From: Deltaproteobacteria bacterium
Lineage (GTDB): Bacteria; Desulfobacterota; WTBG01; JAGOGO01
Direction of reading: 5' to 3'
Length of the DNA: 64,000 nt
NCBI GenBank assembly: GCA_017996625.1
Contig: JAGOGO010000001.1
Coordinates: 2,336 to 66,335 of the forward strand
Part shown: positions 8,608-19,003 of the stretch, piece by piece
Layout of the letters: each line of letters opens with the position of its first letter
Numbering within the stretch: the first letter of the stretch is position 1
Program-made: the position numbers and the translations under genes
Notes under the pieces: model-generated
The model's input: only the letters and a program-made list of their open reading frames with translations
Told to the model about the DNA's origin: nothing
Database searches by the model: none

Positions 8608-10443
8608 TTACTCCACAGTTACGCTTTTTGCCAGGTTTCGTGGCTGGTCGACATCAGTACCTCGAAGGACTGCTACATGATAGGCAAAGAGCTGTAAAGG
8701 AATCGTGAGCAAAACCGGAGTGAGATAGAGATTGTTTGCCGGTACCGTAACGAGGTCATCTACCTTCATTTTGAGATGAGCATCCTGAAAGGACGTGATC
8801 GCAATTACTTTACCTTCTCGAGCTCTTATCTCCTCAATGTTGCCCAACATTTTTTCATAGGTGCTGTTGTGACTCAGCAAGACGACAGACGGAGTCCGCT
8901 CATCGATGAGAGCAATAGGTCCATGTTTCATTTCTCCGGCCGGGTAGCCTTCAGCATGAATATAGGATATTTCTTTAAGCTTTAGAGCTCCTTCCAGGGC
9001 GATAGGATAGTTGATTCCTCTCCCGAGAAAGAGAAAATCGTGGTATGGCACATAGTGTTTGGCAATCTCTCTGATCTTGCGTTCTTGCTGCAGAACATGT
9101 TCAGCTTGTACTGGCAGTTTGATAAGGTCATCGATAAGCTTTCCAGCAGCTTCGGCAGAGAGCGTTTTTCGCGCCAGTCCCCAGTATAAGGCGAACAGAT
9201 AGAGAACGACAAGCTGGGTGGTAAAAGCCTTGGTTGAAGCAACACCGATTTCCGGCCCGGCACGCGTATAGAGAACATCATCGGATTCTCGTGCCACGCT
9301 TGAATCAATGACATTACAGATCGAAACAATCCGGGCTCCTTTTTTCTTGGCTTCGCGTAAGGCGGCCAAGGTATCGGCAGTCTCCCCTGACTGCGAGATA
9401 CAGATCATGAGCGTTCGATCATTAACCAGTGGATTTCGGTATCGGAATTCCGAACCGAGATCGACATCAACAGGAGTACCGCAGAGATCCTCGATCATAT
9501 ATTTTCCTGCCAAGCCGGCATGCCAGGAAGTTCCGCACGCCACAATGCCCAGCCGCTCGACCCGCTCAACGACTTCGGAAGGGAGACGAATCTGCTCAGC
9601 CACAGCTGCGACACTATTTCCGTCAACTCTCCCGCGGATCGTATCGGTGATAGCCCGCGGTTGCTCAAAGATTTCCTTGAGCATGAAGTGCTTATAGCCT
9701 TCTTTCTCAGCCATGATGGGATCCCAGGAAATGATCTTGGGCTCTCGGCTGACCACTTCACCATCCAGCTTCATCAGGACTGGCAACTGCTTGTTTGATA
9801 AAACAGCCAGTTCACCATCCTCCAGAAAAATCATGGTACGGGTGTAACTCAAGATAGCCGGAATATCAGAGGCTGCGAAATACTCACCCTCTCCCAGGCC
9901 GACGATCATCGGGCTTTCTTTGCGGCCGGTGATCAGCTGGTCCGGACAGCCTTCGCATATTACTGCTACAGCAAAAGAGCCCTTCAGGGTGCGAAGAGCA
10001 TTCCTTGTTGCAGTCGTAAAGTCATTGTTGTCGTTGAGCTCCTGTTCGATCAGGTGGGCAATGACTTCAGTATCGGTTTCAGAGGAGAAAACATGTCCTT
10101 TTCTTTCCAGCTTCTCTTTCAGGGTCACATAATTTTCAATAATCCCGTTATGCACCACCGCTATGGATCCATAGACGTGCGGATGCGCGTTGCGCTCTGA
10201 TGGGCGGCCGTGCGTAGCCCAGCGCGTGTGTCCGATGCCAATGGATCCATCGATGCTGCTGGCACTGGTCAGTTTTTCCTCCAGGACGCGAATTTTCCCT
10301 TCGGTGCGCACGACGGAGATTTTGTCTTCACAGAACGAGGCAATGCCAGCAGAATCGTATCCCCGGTATTCGAGTCTCCGCAGTCCTTCCAGCAGTATCT
10401 CCTGAACCCGGCGGTTGCCTACGTATCCCACGATACCGCACAT
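8608..10443 (-). CDS. glmS: glutamine--fructose-6-phosphate aminotransferase (isomerizing)
   Basis: 611 aa. N-terminal MCGIVGYVG (Cys2 glutaminase nucleophile), two SIS domains, C-terminal ...KSVTVE. Confidence 0.95.
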   Translation of the reverse strand: MCGIVGYVGNRRVQEILLEGLRRLEYRGYDSAGIASFCEDKISVVRTEGKIRVLEEKLTSASSIDGSIGIGHTRWATHGRPSERNAHPHVYGSIAVVHNGIIENYVTLKEKLERKGHVFSSETDTEVIAHLIEQELNDNNDFTTATRNALRTLKGSFAVAVICEGCPDQLITGRKESPMIVGLGEGEYFAASDIPAILSYTRTMIFLEDGELAVLSNKQLPVLMKLDGEVVSREPKIISWDPIMAEKEGYKHFMLKEIFEQPRAITDTIRGRVDGNSVAAVAEQIRLPSEVVERVERLGIVACGTSWHAGLAGKYMIEDLCGTPVDVDLGSEFRYRNPLVNDRTLMICISQSGETADTLAALREAKKKGARIVSICNVIDSSVARESDDVLYTRAGPEIGVASTKAFTTQLVVLYLFALYWGLARKTLSAEAAGKLIDDLIKLPVQAEHVLQQERKIREIAKHYVPYHDFLFLGRGINYPIALEGALKLKEISYIHAEGYPAGEMKHGPIALIDERTPSVVLLSHNSTYEKMLGNIEEIRAREGKVIAITSFQDAHLKMKVDDLVTVPANNLYLTPVLLTIPLQLFAYHVAVLRGTDVDQPRNLAKSVTVE

Positions 10444-11831
10444 TATCGCTTCCCCTTTCGTCCCTTCAATATGGTTGCCATGCTATCCAGGTTGATTTGC
10501 TTGGATCGCTCTAAGGCGAGTGCTTCCGATGGTACGTTCTTAGTGATCGTAGATCCGGCGCCAATAATAGCACCCTTTCCGATCTGAACCGGAGCGACCA
10601 GCGCAGTATTGCTTCCGATGAACACGTCATCTTCAATGATGGTTGGATGCTTGGCAAAGCCATCGTAATTGCAGGTTATGGTTCCAGCACCCACATTGAC
10701 ATCGCTTCCAATAGTGCTGTCGCCCAGGTATGTGAGATGAGACGCCTTGGAACCTTTTCCGATGCGGGATTTTTTCACTTCGACAAAATTTCCGATCTTT
10801 GCTTCTTCCCCAATCTCAGTTCCGGGGCGAAGGTGAGCAAACGGTCCGATAGCAGCCTTATCCCGTACGATGCTTTCATGAACCACGGAACACCACTTTA
10901 TCAGCACATTCGATCCGATCGTGCTGTTCACGATGTGGCAACCGGCTCCAATGGTGCAGCCTGAACCGATGGTGCTGTTTCCTTCGATAAAGGTGTTAGG
11001 GTATACAATCGTATCCTGGCCGATGCGGACATCGTTGTCGATGTGAGTGGCTCCGGGATCAATGATTGTAACGCCTTGAAGCATCAGAGTCTCAAGGATC
11101 TCGATCCGTTTTAAACGGTCGGCCTGAGCAAGCTCGATCCGGGTGTTGACGCCCATGACCTCGTATTCGTTAGATACTGGTATCCCTTCGACCGTGCGCT
11201 TCTGTGCCCGAGCTATATCAACTGTGTCGGTGAGGTAGTATTCATTTTGGGCATTCTGCTGAGCAAGGAGGTTAAGAGCTTCGAGAAGGAACAACCCATC
11301 GAAGCAGTAAATGCCTGAGTTGATTTCGGAGACTCTCTTTTCCTCAGCAGAAGCATCCCGCTCTTCAATAATCCGCCTGATAGCACCATGTTCGTCTCGA
11401 ATGATGCGGCCATAACCGGTAGGATTGCTTTTGACTGTGGTCAGCACCGTGACCGCATTTTCTTTCTTTTGATGCGTTTCCACCAGCAACGCTAACGTTT
11501 TTGTCTGAATAAGCGGCACATCGCCACAGAGGAGGAGGATATCGCCGGAAAATCCGGTTAGAGCCTGCCGGGCACACATCACCGCATGTCCGGTGCCCAG
11601 CTGCTCGGGCTGAGAAACGATAACCAGATCGGGATCAGGAAAAGCCTCTCGCACTGCGTTTTCCTGATGGCCTAATACGAGAATTATTTTCTGGGAATCT
11701 ATTTGGCGCGCTGCCACCAGTGGATACTGCAGCATCGGTTTCCCGGCGACCCGATGCAGCACCTTGACTACTGAAGATTTCATCCGTGTCCCCTGGCCTG
11801 CAGCCAGAATAACGGTGGCGAGTTCTTTCAT
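10443..11831 (-). CDS. glmU: bifunctional UDP-N-acetylglucosamine pyrophosphorylase / glucosamine-1-phosphate N-acetyltransferase
   Basis: 462 aa. N-terminal VILAAGQGTRMKS nucleotidyltransferase motif, C-terminal left-handed beta-helix hexapeptide repeats. glmU-glmS are translationally coupled (ATGA). Confidence 0.95.
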   Translation of the reverse strand: MKELATVILAAGQGTRMKSSVVKVLHRVAGKPMLQYPLVAARQIDSQKIILVLGHQENAVREAFPDPDLVIVSQPEQLGTGHAVMCARQALTGFSGDILLLCGDVPLIQTKTLALLVETHQKKENAVTVLTTVKSNPTGYGRIIRDEHGAIRRIIEERDASAEEKRVSEINSGIYCFDGLFLLEALNLLAQQNAQNEYYLTDTVDIARAQKRTVEGIPVSNEYEVMGVNTRIELAQADRLKRIEILETLMLQGVTIIDPGATHIDNDVRIGQDTIVYPNTFIEGNSTIGSGCTIGAGCHIVNSTIGSNVLIKWCSVVHESIVRDKAAIGPFAHLRPGTEIGEEAKIGNFVEVKKSRIGKGSKASHLTYLGDSTIGSDVNVGAGTITCNYDGFAKHPTIIEDDVFIGSNTALVAPVQIGKGAIIGAGSTITKNVPSEALALERSKQINLDSMATILKGRKGKR

Positions 11832-12172
11832 GATTACCCTGCTTGCCTTATGGGTTCAGGCTGTACATGTGTTTCTCTGTCGTGATTATGATACCTCATA
11901 GTGGCTGTAGGATACCAGAAAGGCTCTCAGAAATACATCAAAAAGCTCGCTCGTAGTAGACCCCTCGGCGGATTGCCTTGTGTCGGGGAGCTTTCAGAAC
12001 GCATGGAAAGATCCTCACGAGGCGATATGGATTCATTCGATTGAGACTGGTTTTATCCGCGGACATGCTGTGAAGGCAGATTTGTCCTTGACATATACCG
12101 CCCCGTGTGATTACTCTATAAAGTCACTAACCAAACGATTTTTCTTATGAAATTGCTTTTTGGAGTTCGCCC

Positions 12173-14848
12173 ATGACCCCCATGGTTCGACAGTATGCTG
12201 CTATCAAGCAGCGCTATCCGGATGCGGTTCTCTTTTTTCGCCTCGGCGATTTCTACGAGATGTTTTTCGAAGACGCTGAGAGGGCATCACGGATTCTTGA
12301 TATTGTTCTTACCTCCCGCGAAGGAGGAAATGGGAACCGCATTCCCATGTGCGGCGTTCCCTATCATGCTGCTCAGGGATACATCACTCGCCTCACGAGA
12401 GAAGGACTTAAGGTGGCGATCTGTGAGCAGGTTGAGGATCCTAAGGCCGCTCGCGGTATCGTGAAACGAGAAGTGATTCGCATCATCACACCTGGCACCA
12501 ATATTCTTGATGAAGCTGATGAATCACAGGAAGAAAACTTTATTGTTGGTATGGTTCAAGAGCAGGGGATCGTCGGGCTTGCTCACCTTAATATGGGAAC
12601 CGGAACGTTTCGCGTAACCGAGCTGGGGTCTCGTGAAGATGTGTTGGGAGAGCTGGCACGCATCAAGCCGACCGAATGTGTGATCCCGGAAAAAATGGCC
12701 CAGTCACCCCACCTCCGGCCATTTCTCGATCGAGAACTCAAGGCAGTCGTCAACACCTATGAGCCATGGGTATTTTCTCTTGAGTATGCGGGTCGTGTAA
12801 TTAAGGAGCAGTTTAAAATTGCTTCCATGCAGGGCCTGGGGCTTGATGAGTATCCGATTGGCGCAATCGCCGCTGGCGCTGTGATTCATTACCTCCGGGA
12901 TAATATGCATGTTTCTCTGGACCATGTGCGGCCGCCTGCGATTTACTCCTCCAGCGAATACATGGTGCTCGACCGCAAGACGCTGCGCAATCTGGAGATC
13001 ATCACGACCACCAGCGGTGAAAAGGGAGATACCACGCTGCTAAAGGTGCTGAACCGGACGGTTACCCCGCTCGGTGGCCGACTGCTGCGGCAGTGGATCC
13101 GGCAGCCGCTCATTGCCGCGAATCTTATCAACGATCGGCTTGATGCAGTCGAGGAGTTTTTTCGTGAACGCAGTCTCATGTTCAAGCTGCGGGAAGCACT
13201 ACGTTTCATCCGAGATCTGGAACGAATTCTCGGTCGACTCGGGTGCAATCTTGGATCAGCCCGGGACCTAGTAGCGTTAAAAGACTCTCTCAAGCAGGTG
13301 CCACAGATGTATGAGCTTCTCTCACCCTGTGCGTCTACTCTGTTAGTGTACCAGCGCAGCCACTTGCATCACCTTGATATCCTTACTGAGGCTATTGAGG
13401 CGGCTATTGTGGATACTCCTCCACTTGGAACCAAAGAGGGAGGCATGATTCGGCGAGGATACCATGCGGAACTCGATGAACTCTATCGTATTGCCCATCA
13501 CGGCAAGGAATGGCTGGCTCAACTGCAGCAGCAGGAAGTCACCCGAACGGGCATAAAGTCACTCAAGATCCGCTATAATAAGGTCTTCGGATATTACATT
13601 GAAATCACGAAAGCGAACCTTGGCCAGGTTCCGGATTATTACATTCGGCGGCAGACGCTGGTCAACGCCGAACGTTTTGTCACTCCTGAGCTCAAAGAGT
13701 ACGAAGAACGAATTCTCGGTGCCGAGGAACGATCCTGCCAGATTGAACTGGAAATTTTTGAAGATCTTAGGAGCCGGGTCCTGCAGCAGAGTCGGGAAAT
13801 TCAGGAATTAGCTGAGTCACTTGCCGTAATCGACATTTTGGCAACCTTCGCGTATCTGGCACAGCAGTATCGATATGTTCGACCGACAATTGATGATAGC
13901 TCCGCAATATCCATTACTGGCGGACGACATCCGGTTGTTGAACACGTACTGGAGGAGGGACGATTCGTAGAAAATGACACCTTTGTCAATTGCGATGATC
14001 AGCAGCTGCTGGTCATTACCGGTCCGAACATGGCAGGCAAGTCGACGTACCTGCGGCAAGTTGCATTGCTCGTGCTTATGGCCCAGAGTGGAAGCTTTGT
14101 TCCTGCCGAGGCCGCACGCTTCGGGGTAGTAGACAAGATATTCACTCGCATCGGTGCTTCAGATAACCTCGCGCGAGGAGAAAGCACTTTTATGGTGGAA
14201 ATGATCGAGACCGCGCACATTTTGAACAATGCAACTGCTCGAAGTCTGATAATTCTGGATGAGATCGGGCGAGGGACCTCAACCTTTGACGGAGTGAGTA
14301 TCGCTTGGGCAGTATGCGAACACCTGTGCCGGCAATCGGGTCCGCGGCCGAAAACCCTCTTCGCCACCCATTACCATGAACTAACCGCCTTGGAAGAGAA
14401 CCTGTCAGGAGTGAAAAACTATACGATAATGGTAAAGGAGTACGAAGACGAAGTGGTTTTTATCCGTAAAATCATGCCGGGCAGCGCCGATCGCAGTTAT
14501 GGTATCCATGTTGGGAAAATGGCTGGATTGCCGGCAGAGGTCGTGGTACGGGCCGAGGCCATTCTCCGTGAACTCGAATCCGGGCCGGCAAAGGTTGGGC
14601 TCGTGAAGGTCCGGCAGCTGCTTCCTGATGCTGCGTTCTCATCGGCTTCAGCAGAAGTTTCTCCTGCAGGCGAGCGCAGCATGCAAACAAGAACCAGGCT
14701 GGAGCGCCAGCTGCCCTTTCTCCAGAGCCTTCCGCAGGACCATCCTGTTGTTAGGGAACTGATCGAGCTTGACATAAATGCCTTGACGCCCCTCCAAGCG
14801 CTCAATCAGCTCAACAAGCTGCAGATAATGGCGCAGAAAAAGGAGTGA
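12173..14848 (+). CDS. mutS: DNA mismatch repair protein MutS
   Basis: 891 aa. N-terminal mismatch-binding motif TPMVRQYAAIKQRYPDAVLFFRLGDFYEMFFEDA, Walker A GPNMAGKSTYLRQ, and DEIGRGTSTFDG. Confidence 0.95.
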   Translation: MTPMVRQYAAIKQRYPDAVLFFRLGDFYEMFFEDAERASRILDIVLTSREGGNGNRIPMCGVPYHAAQGYITRLTREGLKVAICEQVEDPKAARGIVKREVIRIITPGTNILDEADESQEENFIVGMVQEQGIVGLAHLNMGTGTFRVTELGSREDVLGELARIKPTECVIPEKMAQSPHLRPFLDRELKAVVNTYEPWVFSLEYAGRVIKEQFKIASMQGLGLDEYPIGAIAAGAVIHYLRDNMHVSLDHVRPPAIYSSSEYMVLDRKTLRNLEIITTTSGEKGDTTLLKVLNRTVTPLGGRLLRQWIRQPLIAANLINDRLDAVEEFFRERSLMFKLREALRFIRDLERILGRLGCNLGSARDLVALKDSLKQVPQMYELLSPCASTLLVYQRSHLHHLDILTEAIEAAIVDTPPLGTKEGGMIRRGYHAELDELYRIAHHGKEWLAQLQQQEVTRTGIKSLKIRYNKVFGYYIEITKANLGQVPDYYIRRQTLVNAERFVTPELKEYEERILGAEERSCQIELEIFEDLRSRVLQQSREIQELAESLAVIDILATFAYLAQQYRYVRPTIDDSSAISITGGRHPVVEHVLEEGRFVENDTFVNCDDQQLLVITGPNMAGKSTYLRQVALLVLMAQSGSFVPAEAARFGVVDKIFTRIGASDNLARGESTFMVEMIETAHILNNATARSLIILDEIGRGTSTFDGVSIAWAVCEHLCRQSGPRPKTLFATHYHELTALEENLSGVKNYTIMVKEYEDEVVFIRKIMPGSADRSYGIHVGKMAGLPAEVVVRAEAILRELESGPAKVGLVKVRQLLPDAAFSSASAEVSPAGERSMQTRTRLERQLPFLQSLPQDHPVVRELIELDINALTPLQALNQLNKLQIMAQKKE

Positions 14849-15062
14849 GAAGTAAGAAGAAGACGCCCTCGTTGCCAGCTCACGCTTATGCGTCATTCGT
14901 GTTGAATCCCTGTTGCGTGACAAACACGCTAGACGTTCGCGGCGGGGACGCCGCTCCCACAAGGCAGTGAAAAGTGAAATGCAAGAAGTACAAAGGCGAG
15001 GGGTGAGTCGTGTCTTCTCGTTCTTACTCCTCACTCTTGACTCCTTACTCCTTACTGTTTCA
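14849..15062. repeat. intergenic palindromic element, family member C (two purine arms, one long pyrimidine arm) in mutS-mutL spacer
   Basis: GAGAAGTAAGAAGAAGACG ... CAGTGAAAAGTGAAATGCAAGAAGTACAAAGG ... CGTGTCTTCTCGTTCTTACTCCTCACTCTTGACTCCTTACTCCTTACTGTTT. Confidence 0.5.
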
Positions 15063-15088
15063 TCGTCCGGGCGAGATAAGGACTTAGT

Positions 15089-16903
15089 ATGGGTACCATC
15101 AAAATTCTATCCGATAGCATTATAAATAAAATTGCCGCCGGCGAGGTGGTGGAGCGTCCGGCATCGGTGGTCAAGGAGCTGATAGAAAACAGCCTTGATG
15201 CCCAGGCAACCGCTCTTATGATTACAGTCAAACATGGCGGCAAAGAGCTTATACGCGTTGCTGATAACGGCTGTGGCATGAGCCGGGAAGATGCTTGTCT
15301 TAGCCTCAAACGGCACGCTACCAGCAAAATTGAATCAGTAGAGGATATTTTCCGGGTTGGCAGCTTCGGATTTCGTGGGGAAGCGTTACCGAGCATCGCT
15401 GCTGTTTCGCGTCTGACGCTTCTCACCCGGGAACAGAGCTCAGCAGCCGGAACTGAGATTGTTGTTGCAGGGGGTGCGGTGGAGTCGGTTCGCGATGCAG
15501 GAACAGCGATAGGTACGGCGGTGGAAGCGCGTGATCTTTTTTTCAATACACCGGCCCGGCAGAAGTTTCTCCGCAGTGAACGCTCCGAGTTTCTGGCTAT
15601 CGCTGACGTAGTGACGACATTCGCAAGCGGTAACCCTGAGGTGTCGTTCAAGCTTGTTCACGATACCCGGGCCACTCTTGATTGTTCAGCAGCGATCAGT
15701 TTAAGAGAGCGTATTGCGTCGCTGCATGGCGAAGAGATTGTGGCCGCCCTGATTCCGGTTGCCGGAGAATCGCAGGAAATCAAGATCTCCGGGTTTGTTA
15801 CCAGTCCCACTGTAAGTCGAGTGAATCGCACCGGGCAGTATCTTTTTATAAATCGTCGGCCTATCAAAAGCCCTGCCCTGGGTTTCGCTCTTCAGCAAGG
15901 GTGTGAAGGCCTGCTTCCGCAAAACCGGCATTGCATGGCTTTTCTTTTTTTTGAGATCGTACCATCGCGAGTTGATGTTAATGTGCATCCAAATAAGACC
16001 GAGGTGCGAGTGGCTAACGAGCGGGAGGTGCATAAGCTCCTTGTGGATACAATTCGTGCTGCGCTTCATTCACAATGGGGTTATCCGGCAGGAAAAGTGG
16101 CTGTTTTGAGTAATACGGTTCCGCTGGCTGCTTCTCGTCTGAAGCATGCGGGTTTTCAGTATAGCACTGTTGAAGACCAAGCCGATCTACCAGCGATTCA
16201 CCAGCCACTGTCTTTAGCATATAGCGGAGAAAAGACGACCCAGCAGCCAGAGAGCGTTTCTCTCCGGAGTGTGCCAGGTGATCGTGAATTGTCGTTTTTA
16301 TTTCCTGGCCGAAAAGGAGAAACGGCAACGCCCGCTGTACTAGGACAGTATCAGGCTTCTTACATCATCGCCGAATATGGCGCAAAGCTCCTGATTGTTG
16401 ATCAGCATGCCGCGCATGAGCGGATTATGTATGAGGACGTCCTTAGCTTGTTTGAAAGCGGACCCAAGACTTCGGAGCGTTTGCTTATTGCCGCGACTAT
16501 TTCGCTTGACTACCGAGAACAGGAAGCACTCGTGGAATATCTTCCGCTTCTCGAACAAATTGGTTTCGGAGTAAACGATCTCGGCCGCAATACTTACAGC
16601 ATTGATGCAGTGCCGGCTCTGTTGAAGAGGGAAGACTCAAGACAGCTGATTCTTGATATCGTCCATCAGGCACTGGAGGGATCCGGCGCGTACGCTGTTG
16701 ACGATCGAAAGAAGGCGTTGGCAGCCGCAATTGCTTGTAAGACCAAATCGTTGAAAGCTTCCTCGCGGTTACAGCCTGAAGCGATGCAGCATCTGGTAGA
16801 GCGCCTCTTTCAGACTCGCCAGCCTTTTTTCTGCCCTCATGGCCGGCCCACCTGTATTACCTTCACTAGAGAGGAATTAGAAAAACGATTTGGACGAAAG
16901 TAG
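15089..16903 (+). CDS. mutL: DNA mismatch repair endonuclease MutL
   Basis: 604 aa. GHKL ATPase N-terminus (AAGEVVERPASVVKELIENSLDA) and the C-terminal DQHAAHERIMYE metal-binding endonuclease motif. Confidence 0.95.
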   Translation: MGTIKILSDSIINKIAAGEVVERPASVVKELIENSLDAQATALMITVKHGGKELIRVADNGCGMSREDACLSLKRHATSKIESVEDIFRVGSFGFRGEALPSIAAVSRLTLLTREQSSAAGTEIVVAGGAVESVRDAGTAIGTAVEARDLFFNTPARQKFLRSERSEFLAIADVVTTFASGNPEVSFKLVHDTRATLDCSAAISLRERIASLHGEEIVAALIPVAGESQEIKISGFVTSPTVSRVNRTGQYLFINRRPIKSPALGFALQQGCEGLLPQNRHCMAFLFFEIVPSRVDVNVHPNKTEVRVANEREVHKLLVDTIRAALHSQWGYPAGKVAVLSNTVPLAASRLKHAGFQYSTVEDQADLPAIHQPLSLAYSGEKTTQQPESVSLRSVPGDRELSFLFPGRKGETATPAVLGQYQASYIIAEYGAKLLIVDQHAAHERIMYEDVLSLFESGPKTSERLLIAATISLDYREQEALVEYLPLLEQIGFGVNDLGRNTYSIDAVPALLKREDSRQLILDIVHQALEGSGAYAVDDRKKALAAAIACKTKSLKASSRLQPEAMQHLVERLFQTRQPFFCPHGRPTCITFTREELEKRFGRK

Positions 16904-17056
16904 ATTGTGCCTCCGGGCGGTCTCTCTCTTTTGGGAAACACTGTTGAAAGAGACTGGCTGATCTGATATAGAAAGAAATACCCAAAAAGATCTCGCTCGT
17001 TGGCTAAGCGAACCTGCTGTGGATCCATTTTTCTCTGCATGAATACGGAAATAGCT

Positions 17057-18010
17057 ATGATCAGGACCACGACTCGGAATAGAGGAAGCTGTTTGATACT
17101 TGGAGGATGCGGATTCATCGGATCGCATGTGGCTGAAGGATTGCTAGAGGCCGGCTATCATGTGCGAGTTTTTGACAAAATTAACGTAAGTACCCGGAAT
17201 ATCGATCACCTGATCAGCGAGATTGATCTCCGAGAAGGCGACTTTACTGATGAGGAAGCTGTCGGCTCAGCGCTTCAGAAGATCGACTATCTCTATCACT
17301 TTGTCGGCACCACTCTTCCGAAGACATCCACCGATAATCCAGTCTACGATGTCGAAAGTAATGTGGTGGGCACTCTCAAGCTGCTGGATCGGGCTGCACG
17401 GGAACAGGTGAAGAAAGTCATCTTTTGCTCATCGGGTGGAACGGTGTACGGTATTCCCCAGACCATACCGATACCCGAGGATCATTCGACTAATCCCACC
17501 TGCTCCTACGGCATTTCCAAGCTCACCATTGAAAAATATCTGGAGCTTTACTACCGTACCAGAGGGCTCCACTATCTATGCTTTCGTTTATCGAATCCTT
17601 ACGGTGAGCGTCAGAATGTGCATTCCATTCAAGGAGCAATAGCAGTGTTCCTCGGGCTGGTAAAGGATGAAAAGCCACTGGTGATCTGGGGAAGAGGGGA
17701 AACGACTCGCGACTACATCTATGTCAGAGATATCGTGCCTATATTCGTCAAGGCCGTGGATGTCAATCCGCCGTGGAGGGTCCTCAATCTCGGCAGTGGA
17801 CAAGGGACAACGCTGAATGAGTTGGTTGCTCTTATTAAAGATGTCACTCGTCGAAAGATTGCTGTTTGCCACACAGAAGAGCGAACAATTGATGTACCGG
17901 TGAATGTGCTGGATATATCCCGGATACGGCAAGCTTTTGACTTCACTCCCCAAACCTCTCTAGCTGAGGGCATTCTGCGTACCTGGGAATGGCTCCTTCA
18001 GTTTTCTTGA
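17057..18010 (+). CDS. NAD-dependent epimerase/dehydratase family protein (UDP-sugar 4-epimerase-like)
   Basis: Rossmann motif ILGGCGFIGSHVAEGL near the N-terminus. Catalytic YxxxK appears as YGISK. Start chosen at internal ATG, since the ORF from 17000 adds a Cys-rich leader that is unlikely to be real. Confidence 0.8.
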   Translation: MIRTTTRNRGSCLILGGCGFIGSHVAEGLLEAGYHVRVFDKINVSTRNIDHLISEIDLREGDFTDEEAVGSALQKIDYLYHFVGTTLPKTSTDNPVYDVESNVVGTLKLLDRAAREQVKKVIFCSSGGTVYGIPQTIPIPEDHSTNPTCSYGISKLTIEKYLELYYRTRGLHYLCFRLSNPYGERQNVHSIQGAIAVFLGLVKDEKPLVIWGRGETTRDYIYVRDIVPIFVKAVDVNPPWRVLNLGSGQGTTLNELVALIKDVTRRKIAVCHTEERTIDVPVNVLDISRIRQAFDFTPQTSLAEGILRTWEWLLQFS

Positions 18011-18013
18011 TCA

Positions 18014-18997
18014 ATGGCTCCTCGTGTTACTATTGTCATCGTTACTTGGAATAGCGAGCAATATATAGCACGCTGCCTTGCCGGCGTCAAAGCACAACGA
18101 TATACCGATTCAGAACTGATCATCGTCGATAACGGTTCCGGTGACAACACGCGTGCTTTGGTAAAGGAACACGCCCCTCAAGCACAGCTCATCAGCAACA
18201 AGAATAACGTTGGCTTCACGAAAGCGAGCAACCAGGGAATCTTGGCTTCCCGCGGTGAATTTATTTTCAGCCTTAATCCGGATGTCTTCCTGGAGCCGGA
18301 CTTTCTGAATGAACTCGTTGACCTCCTTTCCTCTAGTAAAGGATATGGCGCTGTGGGGGGAAAGCTGCTTCTCTATCGAGAGGGACAAGTTCCTGATGTT
18401 ATCGATTCTACCGGCCTCTTCACGAACCGGGGACTGCGAGCGGTGGATCGAGGAAATCGGGAGATCGACCGCGGCCAGCACGATACATCAGGGCCGGTGT
18501 TTGCATTGTGCGGCGCGGCAGTGCTGTTTCGCCGGGAAGCCCTGGAGCGTATTAAGATAGCAGATGAGTTTTTTGATGAGGAGTTTTTTGCCTATTATGA
18601 TGATCTCGACGTGGGATGGCGACTGCAACTCGCCGGATACGACATCGGGTATACCCCTCTCGCGCGAGCTTATCACGTGCGTGGCGGAAGCGGTCTGGGT
18701 GATACATTTTTTCGTAAGATTCCTGCAATGCAGCGCATCACTATGCGCAATCGATACCTGGTACTGATCAAAAACCTTTCGGTAGTTAATGCTGTTCTTT
18801 TTGCTCCGGCGTTGCTGCTGGTCGAGGCAGGGATAGTCGCATATACTGTTTTTCGGGCTCCGCATCTCTGGCGCGCTTACTGGGACGTACTCACGCGGTT
18901 GCCGGCTATGTACCGCAAGCGGCGCATTATCCAGTCGGAGCGGGTTCGCGATAGCAGATACATTCGCCGCTGGATTTCTACAACACGGTACGGGTGA
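18014..18997 (+). CDS. glycosyltransferase family 2 protein
   Basis: VTIVIVTWNSEQYIARCL...LIIVDNGSGDNT and the DxD-type region YYDDLD. C-terminal membrane-associated segment. Confidence 0.85.
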   Translation: MAPRVTIVIVTWNSEQYIARCLAGVKAQRYTDSELIIVDNGSGDNTRALVKEHAPQAQLISNKNNVGFTKASNQGILASRGEFIFSLNPDVFLEPDFLNELVDLLSSSKGYGAVGGKLLLYREGQVPDVIDSTGLFTNRGLRAVDRGNREIDRGQHDTSGPVFALCGAAVLFRREALERIKIADEFFDEEFFAYYDDLDVGWRLQLAGYDIGYTPLARAYHVRGGSGLGDTFFRKIPAMQRITMRNRYLVLIKNLSVVNAVLFAPALLLVEAGIVAYTVFRAPHLWRAYWDVLTRLPAMYRKRRIIQSERVRDSRYIRRWISTTRYG

Positions 18998-19003
18998 GTT
19001 TTT

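Noticed and set aside
12943-13293. 116-aa antisense ORF inside mutS (and similar antisense ORFs inside glmS, glmU, mutL, rarA, the cyclase and the Ig-like gene)
   Set aside because: These are entirely embedded in well-supported genes on the opposite strand. They are R/S-rich, low-complexity translations typical of antisense frames, with no motifs.
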